From positions 5,890,001-5,954,000 of the forward strand of contig OZ038378.1 of NCBI GenBank assembly GCA_964036045.1: a stretch of DNA of 64,000 nucleotides. The letters are read 5' to 3'. Origin of the DNA: Eutreptiella sp. 'Long Island Sound 2002'. Lineage: Eukaryota; Protista; Euglenida. Of the stretch, positions 33,600-46,200 are shown one piece after another. Below the pieces are notes generated by a model. The model did no database searches. It was given only the letters and a program-made list of their open reading frames with translations, and was not told the origin of the DNA. Positions within the stretch are counted from its first letter, which is position 1, and each line of letters begins with the position of its first letter. Position numbers and translations under genes: made by a program.

Positions 33600-35830
33600 C
33601 CGGGGGTGTTCGGTCCGTTCCCATTTTTTTGTCCCTACAGACAGGAGGCTTTGTCCGTACGCGCAAATTTTTCGTCCGTACGGACAAGGTCCAACCACCT
33701 TATCCGTATCCCACCACTTCCGTTAGGAGAAAGAGCAAGTCAAGGCGTGTGGTGCACCGCATCACTTGAGCCGAACGGTTGCCATCGCATGCCACGAAGT
33801 TCAAGACCGGCATAGGGCGTCAGGTCAGGGGAAAGTTGGCACCGGTACACAGGGTTGTCGGGGGACAAGTACCACTCATACACATTCGCGGGGATGGCAA
33901 GGGGTATGTTCAAAATATCAAGCAAGGCCGACAAATTGTCGAGCATTAGATGGGTCGTTGCTCATGTGACCGGCTCAAGTGGCAAATTGGTGGTAGCGTA
34001 GAGCGTAAGACTACGTAGTCAAACGTTCCCCAAACGATGTGAGTAACACGCCACATTGCAAAAGCACGCGGGAAGGTATGGATGGGCAAGGGTATGGATG
34101 TAGCCCGTGGCTCATGACATGCCAAAGTCTAGTGCAACGGCTTCTCCGAAATAAGAAGCCAAAGGGAAGCTTTCGGAGACTCCCGGTCGTCGAGCACACT
34201 GTTAGAGCACTCAATAGCTTCAAAACATAGCCAAAGTTTACTTTGAAATGGTAAAAGGCGATGGGGACGTGTGACTGTGTCTAGCAGACGGAGAGGTACA
34301 TAAATGTCGTTGGACAAGATGGGGTGCAGCGTGCGATGAGCCAAACACGCAGAGAGTGCCGGGCTTACCCTCAAGGCAGCACATGGGAACAACGGATTCC
34401 ATTAGCTCACGTGAGAAATCCGGCTCATAATGGATGGTGCCACCACTAGTGGCAAAAGGAGGCTTAATACAACGTAGAAGAGAAACAGAACGGGCGGCAA
34501 TAGGGTTTGGTCTCGGAAGGTGCAAGGGGCCGCTACCAGCACTCAGTAGCGCTTGTGGAGGCCACAAAATTGCTTTACCAACTTTCCGGGGTTAGCTCCT
34601 AGGACGGAAGGCGGCATACGGGCCCCTTTGAGAACAGCGGTCCGCCCGGAGGTTACGGCGTCAACATTGGTTCAAGCCTCGCCTTTTGGCGATCATCTCG
34701 CTCCCCAAGCACGCACCAAGCTAGTGGGATGTCCTGTCGCACTTCGTTAGGTTTCACTCGCAGAGAACGGCCTCAAGGATATCATTTTGCAATGTTGCTT
34801 CGGCGCGCTGCTCCCTGAGTGGCTTCCCTTGTAACAACCATTTGGCGGAGGCCGAGTTGCACGTCTTGGGCTCTTGGGTGTCCGGTGGGTCCCGTCCTTT
34901 AGTAGAAGCAAAGTAGGTTTCTAAGCGTTGCGTGCCATGTCGCGTCCGAAATCCACCCGTGAATTGGCAGCGGTGCGGGAACACGCTGTCCGAAAATGCT
35001 GCCCAAGTTCCTCCATGCCATGAAATTTTAGAAGCCATGCTACCGAAATAGGTTGGAAAAAGACTTTTGATTTCTTCAGCGTCGCTTCCGATGATTTGTC
35101 GCAATCAACCTAACCACATTTTAGGAGCGCTACTCCCAAAAGGATTGTCCCCTGCCTCCAAACTCTTAAGTGGAGAGGACAAAGTATTTCGTTCCTCTTT
35201 TTGCTTCCTTTTTTTTGCCTGACCAGCAGCCCAGAACTCAGTCGGAAAAGTAGTCTGCAAAGCCTCGGTGGAGCGGCTAACTGAATATTTGCTACAAGCA
35301 AATCGGGGCTTCATTGCATACTTTGTTTTATTCATCAGTGGTGTTTTTGAATTTTGGATGGAAGGCAACCTCATGTGCCATGGTATAGAAATCAAAATGA
35401 AAATCAACGTGCGTGTGCGGAGGGCCTTTTCTTTTGTCCTGCTTAGCGATTTGGTTTGAAACCGCGTCAAAAAAGGTTTCAGATTGTTTTTTTGCATGCA
35501 CATGAGATTCGAACCATTGGGTCGGAGTTTCAATCGGAAAATCACATTCAATTTCTTTTTGCATCGCTAGGAATGACTGGAGCGTTTGCCTACCATCTCG
35601 GCTAGAAAATCGAAAGTATGCTCACTAACAACACTGGGAATGGTGCCAAGATTTTTGTCTTCGATACAAAAAGTCCGTGCTTTGCTTTTGAGCGACATGT
35701 GGTGTAGAGTCCGCGGTGTTGTACAGGGAAACATGCTTGTCAAAGGACCCCTGCAGCGAAGTAACGGTGGTGAATTGCGAGGTTTTCCATTCAAGGAGGC
35801 TAGAGAGCTCGGCATTGACGGTGGCAAAAT
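33600..35830 (-). pseudogene. Possible Penelope-like RT remnant
   Basis: FCIEDKNLGTI (DKxxG motif, ~35635-35670) and a later LMLDNLSALL..NVY..YAGLELR (RY+DD / FLDL-like, ~33800-33950). Heavily decayed. Confidence 0.35.
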
Positions 35831-36559
35831 CTTGTTCGAAACCTTGGATGCGCTCTACAACTGGTTGTAGGGATTTAACTTGGCTTTGTAGAGTGCGGAT
35901 GTCTTAGAAATGTGTAGAAAACGAAGACCAATGATCCTCGAATTCCGTAAGAAGGGCCATGTGCTTCCCTTTTTCCGCTACTAATGTGCCGGGGATGGAT
36001 GCAATCTCGATACACGTGACCACAGATACCACACCAATGACGCATTGGTCTTTTCGATTGGCCCCCGGAAATCATGTAGTGGCGCGCCTTCAACAATGCA
36101 CTTGGCAGTACACTAGTCATCGACACCGTACTGGAGGCACCAAATAGCCATAGTGGCCTTTCTCTCCGGGTCGTGTGATCCCCATATTAGGGCATAACAT
36201 GATAGCTCACGCACGTGGTGTTTATCGGATCCGCAAAGCAAGCAGACCGAACATCCGCAATCATGTCATGTCCAAGGGCTAGGTTGAGGACACATGGAAT
36301 CCTTTGACTTGTTTGCGGTGGCAGCAAAGACAACTTTGGAGCTCAAGGATGGCAAGCTCGGGGCGCTCTTCCTCTTGAAGATGCGTGTCACGGCGGAGTG
36401 TTGGCCTGTGCGGAAAGGGACCACATGCGCGAACGAGACATGCAAAGGACTGGTGCCCACGGTCAACAGAGGGACCGGGGTAACGGGCTAGACGGCGATT
36501 CCCTCCCACTTTCCTGCCACTTCTAGGGAGGGGGGAGGGGGGGGGTTTTGGGGGCCGGC

Positions 36560-37090
36560 AAGAGGGGGGGGGGTCCTGTATCCCAACATATTTAGCTTAA
36601 AATGACCGCCTCCTCACGCCCATGATTTTGCGGTATATCTTTCACGGTGAAAGAAATGCCAATTTTGTGTCGTGTACCCGCGCATCCCACATCCATTGGA
36701 GCCAATATGGAGATCTCCTTGAGGGCCGAGCCCACACGCATGCTATGCTACATAACCCCTGAATTCTCGGGGGTCCCCACGAAAGGAGGCAAAATCACAA
36801 TGGGCTGCCTAAACCGTGGGTTCTCGGGGGCCCAGAGGTGGGAAGAAAGGCTACATAACCTTTGCATTCTCAGGGGTCCTCATCTAAGGGGACCAATTCA
36901 GGAGTGGCTGCCTAACCCCTACCTTCTCGGGGCCCACAATTGGGCGGAAATGCTACATAACCCCTGCACACCTCAGCGATCCCCAACAGAGGGGACAAAA
37001 TCAGAAGTGGTTGCCTAACCCTTGCCTTCTCCGGGGCCCACAAGTGGGTGGAAATGCTACATAACCCTTGCAATCACGGGATTGAAATGT
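36560..37090 (+). repeat. Short element: unique head followed by ~54-bp satellite units
   Basis: After a G-rich tract, CTACATAACCC..TTCTCGGGG units start at ~36740. Same motif as the large arrays from 40.3 kb onward. Confidence 0.75.
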
Positions 37091-37559
37091 CTACATAACT
37101 CCAACCTTGCAACGTAGTTTCATGATGAGGGTTGGCAAACAAAGGGGAAAAAGTAGCTTGACGCCTTTTGCCCTGTGGCGCATATTTGACAGCCCCGGGA
37201 ATTCAACCTCAGACCTTCTAAATGCAACTTTTTTGGTTCCCCTTGCCTATGGAGAAACCTCCATAAATGCATTCGGTGGGCTGCAGCAAGGACGGCTAGT
37301 GCCCTGCTAGAAATTTACGTAAATCTCATGGACCATAGCGACTAGAGGGGGAGAAGTGTTGCCGATTGTCAGTAGCCTGAGACCTTCCATCCACTATTAC
37401 TCTTGTTAGTTGCTTCAACGTCCGCAACGGTGCAATATGGATGATACATATGACAGCAATGCGTCGCACATTGAGTGTGTTGCCGGGGGGGGGGGGGTGA
37501 CAAAATTTGGATCTGCTTAGAACAATGGTGAGAGCGCTTTTATGATCTTTTTTTACTTC

Positions 37560-38560
37560 CTTTGTTCCACAACATCATGGAGTTCGAAGCGTTCTTTAAT
37601 GACTTTTACTGCATAGCAGACGAAGTATGGGCACATGTAACGGGGGCGGCAACACGGGGATACGTGTATCTTCAAAACAAAATCATAATGTTTATGGAAT
37701 TGGAAAGCAACATACCATGGGGCTCGGTAGTGCTACTCGAAATGACACCGTGTAGGCTGAGATAGGACATCAACTACCGGTGCCTGGCATGTGACCTAAC
37801 GTACTGGATCTACACCCTACAAGTACTGCTTATGAATGTGGATGACATTCGCAGTATGTAGCTCTTCAAATGCAGTACTACCGCTTCCGTCATGTCTAAA
37901 GGCCAAGGGGACAACCATGTATGCCACAGATGTCCCATGCTCGGGGTCGTGGCGGCATGTCCCATGCTCGGGGTCGTCGCGGATTGCTTGTCCATGGCAC
38001 GGATGTCCGCAGTGTCTAGCAATATGTGCCCATGGGTTTCCGGCTACAACGTGTGTGCACAACACCCAGTGGTGCCGGCCACCGGAATTGTGCGTAGGTT
38101 TCATGCAGAGGGACATTTACTATGGCAAGCAAGCATGCAATTTGTCACTTCTGTTCCGGTTCCTCACAAGCATGCAGGACAAACGCACATGCTTGCGTGG
38201 AGACATCCTCTCCCGTTCAAAGCTAGTGTAACGTATGCTGCACACCATGTATCGTTTTGTGTGACATTAACCTGTATTGGACGTCTGTTGGTGGCTTGCT
38301 TTCAAGCACCTCGCACAACTAGAGAACATAGTTCTTGACCATAGACTCTCAAGGACAGGGCTACAACATTGCGTTAACGGACACAAAATCGACAACATCT
38401 TCTGTTTCAAGAATTGCATTCCGCCAGGTTGGAAGTCATCAATGTGTGTGACGACATTGACGATCTTGGGGAGTTGTGCTAGAGTTCGGCATAACATGGT
38501 TAGGAACTACTTCAATGTTGTGGTTTATTCCGTGCATCCCTGCTGGCAATAGTGAAGTGT
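37560..38560 (-). pseudogene. Penelope-like RT remnant (copy 1)
   Basis: Minus-strand order LAQLPKI (~38470), LDTADIRAM (~38000), LHTANVIHIHKQYL*GV (~37810-37860; N.F.F.G.YY.Q..G-like) and PWYV (~37715). Confidence 0.5.
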
Positions 38561-38829
38561 CGCATGCGGAATTCGATAGCAAGGGCTTAGCTCAGATCCT
38601 CTTTTTGTAGCAAATGTGCGCTATATCGAGGAAGACAACAAATGTGGTCCGTGCTTCATTCTTCTCAGCTTACACCTAAAGGCAACGTGCAGAGAACCGG
38701 GTATCAAATATGAAACAAAAGCAGTTTCTGGTCCCTCATGCCATTCGCCTACCCCTTACGCCACCCCCCCAAATGTAGGTGTGGCGCCGCCCCCTCGAAA
38801 GACTATGGGGCAAGTGCAAGGGTGGAGTA

Positions 38830-39110
38830 CACTACTAAAGTGCGCCATGCTATTGTTGTGCTGTGATGTACTACTGTTGTTGCTGTTCTATGTTACTGCA
38901 GTGTTGTGCTATTCTACTTTTGTGCAAGTATTGTGATATTGATGTGCTAGTGATGTGATGTGTTGTGCTAATGATGCACTGCGCAATGATACTATTATGA
39001 TGTGATGTGCTACTCCAGTGTTGTGTTGTACTACTTCTCTACCGTGCTATGGTACCACTATTGATGTTCTGCGCTATTGTTCAGATGTACTATGCTACTG
39101 TTGTGCACCA
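38830..39110. repeat. Low-complexity TG/TA-rich tract (duplicated at 52830-53090)
   Basis: Repeated TGTGCTA/TGATG/CTACT words. Confidence 0.8.
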
Positions 39111-40299
39111 CAAGCCATTTGCATCGTTGCGGTGGCCGAATTGGAAAATAACCTTTCCTTGCGCGCCATTGGTTCCAATGGTAATTTTTCTTGATATTCT
39201 TTTCGATATGGCAACTATAACCAACATTTTATAGTGAACGAGCACGAAGCTGTCCATCACAATAATCCGTGCACAAGCCAACCTATTCCTCATTGTTCAT
39301 GTACTTTCAGAAAGAACAACGTCCCATGGGCAGTCATGACATGCCGTGCGCGTCTGTTGACTTTACCTTTTGATAGCACCATTGTATTTGTTACATGCAC
39401 AACACCATCTCCTTGCACAACATAACCCTACTTGCCAAGCAGAATGATCAGGGGCAACAAGAATTTTCGGCATTTATGCCGCGTTTGCTTTTGAACCTGT
39501 TGTCAACATTCCGGGTTGGTTTTTTATTAAGATCCATAAGAAAACATGCAAATGGTGTAGTATTTGTTGGCTGTGCACTACACATGCTTTTTTGTTTCGT
39601 TTGACAAAAGAACTGTCTTTGGAACACATTTTGCATTTCTTGGTTGCAAGTTTGAGCCCCGTGTGTTGTTTCCATGGTTGCAATCAAGCTGGTTGTTTGA
39701 TGTTGCACGGGTTGTTGAGCCATCTGTTACTATTCATTATGGCTGTTGCAAAAGGGAAAAAATCCCAAAACACCGCTGGTTTTTGTGCCCAGGTGATCGC
39801 AAGCGTAGAAACCTTGCATGATGCCATTGGATTTCCTTCCACGTTGTATGCCTTTGTTGCACATAATGCACAATAATGCACAACTACAATACTCTTCTCA
39901 CACTACTTCTCAATCCTAACACTTCAACATCTTTTTTCAAAAAAGAAACAGCACTTTGGAGTCGCCAACACTACCACTCCACCTTTCCACTCACCCTTGG
40001 TTCCGTGAACCATTTGTGCCACTGGTGTACGTGTGGGTCTATACATAGGACTATGCCACATTCATTGCACATTGCATGACCTATCTATACTTCCTTAGCA
40101 GGGCCGTCATTACATTCTACTTTCCCCCCATCTAGCTTGACCTTGGGTCCTGCTTGTTCAAAAACCCTTAACATCCTGGAGAGCACCGTAGGGGTCCAAG
40201 GCGTCTAGTTCACATACGTGTTCTCCGCACACCCAAGGTGGACTATAAGCAAATTAACTACACAGAGAGTACTTTCTCGGCGGTGTTGCTACCGCTGCC

Positions 40300-43200
40300 A
40301 TCGCACAGTCCCTAGGGTGGGGCAAATCAAAGGGGCCACATCACCGCTCCTGCCACCACCCCCAACTTTGGGGAACCTCGGAAGGCAACGGTGATGCTCC
40401 CATCTTCTTCCCTTCCCACTTTGGGGCCGCCAATGAGGGAGGGGTTGTGTTGCCCCTATGTTTCTTTTACAATCACAAGGCCCTTGCGAGGTTGGGATTA
40501 TATAGGTTCTTGGATTCCTCTTGAGTTTGGGGAACCTTAGGGGCCAAAGAAGCTACATTACCCTTGTCTTCTTGGGCCCTGGGCAGTGAAGAGAAATGCC
40601 ACTAGCTACGTGCCAAACCCCACGTTCTTAAGTTGCCCAAAATGGAATGGAATGGATGTGGCGGAATACCCATTGCGGTCTACAAGGTGTCCAACATGGA
40701 GAAGAATGGAACTAGCTGCACAACCTGTACAATCTCGGGGTCCCCAGGTCGGGGAGGAATGCACGTCGCAACAACTCAAGGTGCCCATACTCAGGAGGAA
40801 GAGGTGGTGGCGAAAGAACCATGGCATTCTCAACGTACACAAAGTGGAGAGGAAGCAAAATGGCTACATAATTGTTGCCTTCTCGGGGTCCCCAAAACGG
40901 GGAGCAAGTGAATGGGCTATATAACCCTTGCCATATGGGCGTCGGCGATGCGGGCACGAAGGAAAGTGTGTACACAAAGCCCACCTTGTTAGCGTTCCTA
41001 ACACCGCTAACACCCAAAGTGGAAGAACTAAACAACGGATGAAAATTTGTTGCCTTGTTAGGGTGCCGAAAGCAAGGAGAAATCGCAGTGGCTATAATCA
41101 TTGATGCCTTGGGCTCTTGAGCATTGGGGGGAACGAAGGTTGCTACGTGGGGCTTGCCTTCCCGATTCCCCAAAGTGGGGAGGAATCACGGCACAACGAC
41201 TGCTTTCTGCGGGTCCCCATAGAGAGGACAACGAGAAAACAGGTTAGCTTTGGCCAGCAAGACTCCATCACCGGGGATGTCTTGGACCTGGCAGGGTCTT
41301 TGTGACCCTTTATGTGGGCTCAAGGTGGAGGAGCGGCCGGGGGGGCTGCACGAAGGCCGCCACCGCCGCAGCTTCCTCACCTCCGTCCAACAGGGAGGGC
41401 ATCTTTTGGGCAGGGGGACCATTTTCAGTCAATCGGGTCCTCAAGGGGATGGAATGAGTGATGAGAATATGAGAGTCGAAGCAACGACGTGCTTATTGCT
41501 CGGCGTGTCGGTCCTTTGGCATTTTCTTCCGGACCCACTAAAAGGGAGTGGCACCAAGTTTGCAAAGTCGTCCATGGTTTTGTTTGTTCATTAGGAAATC
41601 CTGTTCGCGAAAAAGACACACGTTGTATTCTGTTGTTAGTCTCCATGGGCCACCCCAGGCCCAGTGCGGCGTGCATGTGCAAGTGGTGCATGCCGCAGTG
41701 TGTGTGCTGTGCCCATGGCCTATCTTCCGCGGGGGGGGGGGGGCTACTCTACTAGAGTGTTTCACTGCCATACTGCCCCCTGTGTCCAAAGTGCAGCATG
41801 CACGCATGCCACAGTGATTCTAGAGGCTGACAACTATCCAAGCTATCCCTCCTCTTGCGAGAAGAGCGCCATTGTCAAAAAAACATGAGGTGTTGTTTTT
41901 TTCAACCTTTGGAAACATGGAATGTGGCGGTTCTGGACAAGAATTTTCCCGTTCTAGGGGGGCTTGAGAGTGGGGGAGGGAGGTCAACGCATCATCCCTT
42001 GACAGCGATCGCCATTCTTCCCATACCATTTGGGCGGAGTGTGCATTGGTCGTTGTGTGTTGACCCCCCGTTTTGGGGCGGCTGCAATCCCCTGTTTAGA
42101 GAGGTTGGGCCGGGCGAGCATGTGTGGGGCGATGTGCTGTGCACGTGCCTCAAAGCAGCTGTGCACCTATCTGGGATGAAAGGGTGTCTACTCAAGGGTG
42201 GGGTACCCCACACCCCATTCCGATTTTCCCCCTTCCAATCGTTGGGCACTCCATCCCCTTCCTCCGGTGCCGTGCTACAAGCGCCCTACATCTAGAGACC
42301 CCATTTTTCTCGGGACCAAAGTCTTCCTTGTTGCTGCATGGCCACGGGTCATTGGGTGAACGGGGGTGCAGCTCCCTTTGGCAAGTGGCGGAATAACTCA
42401 TGGCTTTTGGAGGTACACATAGTGGAGAGGAAGGAAAGGGGCTACAAAAACTTGTTCCTTCTTGGGCTCCCCATCGCAGGGAGGAATTCAATAGGATGCA
42501 TCACCCGTGCCTTCTCGGGCCCCTAAACTACAGAGGATTCAAGGTGAGTACATCAATGCACAACAATCTTGTTGCGATGTACCGATTCAACATACTAGTA
42601 ACTATAATGACCCAGTGCTCAACAAAATCGACCCCAGCCGACGACAGCGTGCCCTGGCTAGACCTCCCCGATGTTGCCGCGGAGCTGCCGGGGGTATGGG
42701 CTTCGGACACCGGCAATGTCTATGCCTCTGTGTCCAACCCATCAGCCGGCGATGCCTCCGACCCACGCTCCACCCGTGCTCAGTTGCTCCAGCGGGCAAT
42801 TAAGCTCCGTAGCAGGGTCATCAAAAGTGGGGATTGTATCAAGATCTGCTCCGCATTGCAACTGGCGGCAACTAGTGCACATATATTCAAGATAGAAATA
42901 CATACAGGTGTTTTTCAATGTCTCTGCCATTTTGCAATAGATCTTTGTAGAATGATGTCACTCACAGAGAAACTTTGCACGGTAATCGAAGAGATCTTGC
43001 CGTGGGCTTCCCTTGCAGCCGTTCCCTAAATTTTGCTTCATGTTGCTAATGTGGCTAAGATTTCGTGCTGCAAACACTTCCTCCCGTTTGGTTTCCCCGC
43101 AGGTGATGGCGGGGCTTGTGGAAGGCGAATAAGGAGGAGACGATTGACGGGTGCAAAATGGAGCAATAGACACGTGAGCTGGTTCCAGCATTCCATGTTC

Positions 43201-46200
43201 TTTGTCGTAGGTACACAAAAAAATGTCTGCAATGCATCACGTAGTGTATGCAAAACTGCCGTGCATTATGTAGTCAGTTTGATTCTTAAAAGGCGGCGAT
43301 GATGAATCCGATGTACATTTATAATGGCGAGATGTGCACCCCCATCTCCTTAGGGTTGCAGCTACTGTTGGCCGCCTTCTTGGGGTCACCATGGTGGGGA
43401 CACTCAAAAATGGTGATATAATGGTTGCCTTGTCCGGCCGCCCAAAGAAAAGAGGAATCACAATGACAATTATCACCCTGGCCATCGTGAAGTCCCAAAG
43501 GTTGGGAGGAATGAAGAATCCTACATAACCTCTGCCTTTTGAGTTCCCCAAAACGGGGAGGAATGCAGGTCGCTATATACTCCTTGCGTTCCTAGGGTCA
43601 CCAAAGTGGGTGGCGTATTATTCCATGCCTTCTCAAGGTACCCAAGGTGGAGAGGAATCAAAGTGGTTGCATAACCCCTGCCCTCCGGGGGTCTCCAAAA
43701 GGGGCAGGAGTTCAATTGGCTACATCTCTACTGCCTTCTCAGCCTCCCCAACGTCCACAAAGAGCACAGGAATCCTTTGCTTTCTCGCCTTTCTACCACT
43801 ACAGAGTATCAAATACAATACATCACTATAGCGGTCGCACGGTAACGGCTTTTGGAAGCAATGAAGTGGCTACACCACCGTTGCCTTTTGAATGTCCCCA
43901 AAGTGGGAACAAGGGCAATTGGCTACTCAAACCTTGGCTTCTCGGGGTAAGTACAATGGCCACCAATAGAAACGCCTAAATCACTCCTAGCTTGGGTGCT
44001 TCCAAAAAACACGGATCGAATTCCTTGTGCACATGAGCCCCGCACTCACAACTTACACAAAGGAATCAAACCCGCTACGCACCCATCGCCTTCACATGGC
44101 AATGAAATTGGGGAGCAATGAAATCAGCGAATATTCCACGCAACAGTTCATTCTTTGGGTCCCAAAAGTGGCGAGGAATTGAGAGTGTCTACAGCACGAC
44201 GGTCTTCTAAGATCCACAAGAAAGAAAGAAAAGTGCTATGCACCACGTATCTTCTCTAGGTTCCTGTTTCCGGTGTGACTTTTGGGGTACTTGAAGTGCG
44301 AGTACTGAACATCGCGACGTAAACCGTGTTCACTGAAGCCCCCCTACCTCTTGAGGAATCAAAGTGACCACATCACACCTGCCTTCTCTTCCTTCCTCGG
44401 GTCCCCAGAGTGGGAAGGAACGAAAATTGCTATAGCACCAGTACCTTGCGAATTCTCCAACATGGGAGGGGAGATGTCGAAGCCGCGTGGTTCACATTTG
44501 TGTTCTTGGGGTGCGCAAGTGGACCGCAACCAAATTGGTCACACAACCACTACCTTCTCGGGGTCATCGGTACCGCGGTCTTCTCAGATTCCCCAAAGTG
44601 GGGTAAATCAAAATGGCGTGCCTTCTCCGGTCCCCATAAGTGAAGAGGAATCAAACAGGCGCAATGTTCCTTCCTTTCTAGGGTGCCGATGATGACGCCG
44701 GAATTAAAATACCAAAAAAATGCGCCATCACGGCACACCCAATGTGGGAGGGAAAGGAGCGACATCATCGCTGCCTTCCCAAGGTCCCCAAGGTGGGCAG
44801 TATAATGCAATTAATGCAATTGGCTACTAGTTCTCGGGGTCCCCACAGTGGGAAGGATCTGATGTGGCAAAACAACCATTCGGTTCTCAACGTGCCCCAC
44901 ATGCGTACAGCGCGCGTCCCGCGTTCAAAACTACTTGCACCAAGGAGGTGACAGGACATGCTAGAATGACGGAGCAAGCAAAGTTATCTTTTGTAGGCAC
45001 TGTGGAGGACAAGTTGTGCGGCCAATCCTGCCCGCACACCGTGCCCAAGGCATCACGTGCACAATTGCAGGCAAACATGTGTGGGCCTCCCATGCGCACC
45101 CCTCTTGGCACTTCCGCGGGCAGTCTGCCCTGCTCTTGTGCAACTGCCTTCATAGGCACTTTAACGTGTAAAGGAGCATGTACACTTACGCACAACCGTA
45201 CACGCAATGTGCATTGCAATTTCGCATGGGTCTTTAGCCGCAAAAAGGGCACCAAAATTGCAACAATCATTTATCAGAGTGTTGCGCACTTGTGCAGAAC
45301 CCAAGATTACAACATTGCTTGTTACGATTATCGGGCCGGCCCAGAGGGACATTTGTGCAACATAGAGAGCAGCTAACCAAACTAGCCGCACAAGCGTTGT
45401 CTTCTGCGTGTCCCCAAATTGAGGGGGAGTGCAAATAGCTACATAACCACTGCCTTCTTGGGTTCGCGATCGTGGGGGGGGAGTGAAGGTGGCGAAATGG
45501 CCATTGCCTTTGGAAGTTTTGCAAAGGAGAGAAGAATTAAAATAGCGGCATAACCGTTACCTCCCGGGGTGGGAAGGAGTGCAATCGGGGACGCCGTGCT
45601 TGCCTTCTCGGGGGCTCAAAGTGGGCACATAACTCCCGAGCCATGATAATTGCCATTACCATTGCCTTCCTCGGATACCCAAAATGAGGAAACTCGACAA
45701 TGGCTGCACATTAGTTGGTTTGTCACGGTGCGCAAAGCAAGGTGGAATTGCAGCGCCCATCGTCATTGTTGCCTTCTCGGGGCACCAAGTATTGGGAGGA
45801 ATGAAGGGTGCTACATAACCGCTGCCTTCTCCGTTCCCCAACTCGGGGAGGAATGCAAGTCGGTAAATAACAATTGCATTATGTGGGTCACTACTCTACG
45901 ACACCGGGACGAGGATGAGGACCAACTATTCCCTTGGGAACACAACACTGTTGAAAGAGGACCTCTCAGAGTTTCCCTATGTAGTGGGCAGTTCTATTCG
46001 CTCAGTACGGATGTCGAAGATTGGCACAATATGCAAGGTCGAGGATGTGGGTACCGGGGAGAAGATCATTGCACAGGCAAGTGCATGTGCCGGAGGAATA
46101 ATCCATGCCTTCTAAAAGTACACAAAGTGGAGGGAAATCAACGTAGCTACATAACCCCAACCCTTTTAGGGTCGCCGAAGCGTGGAGGAAGTTCAATTTG

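Noticed and set aside
35490-35560. tRNA (GGTTCGAATC T-loop on minus strand)
   Set aside because: The T-stem does not pair and there is no acceptor or anticodon arm.
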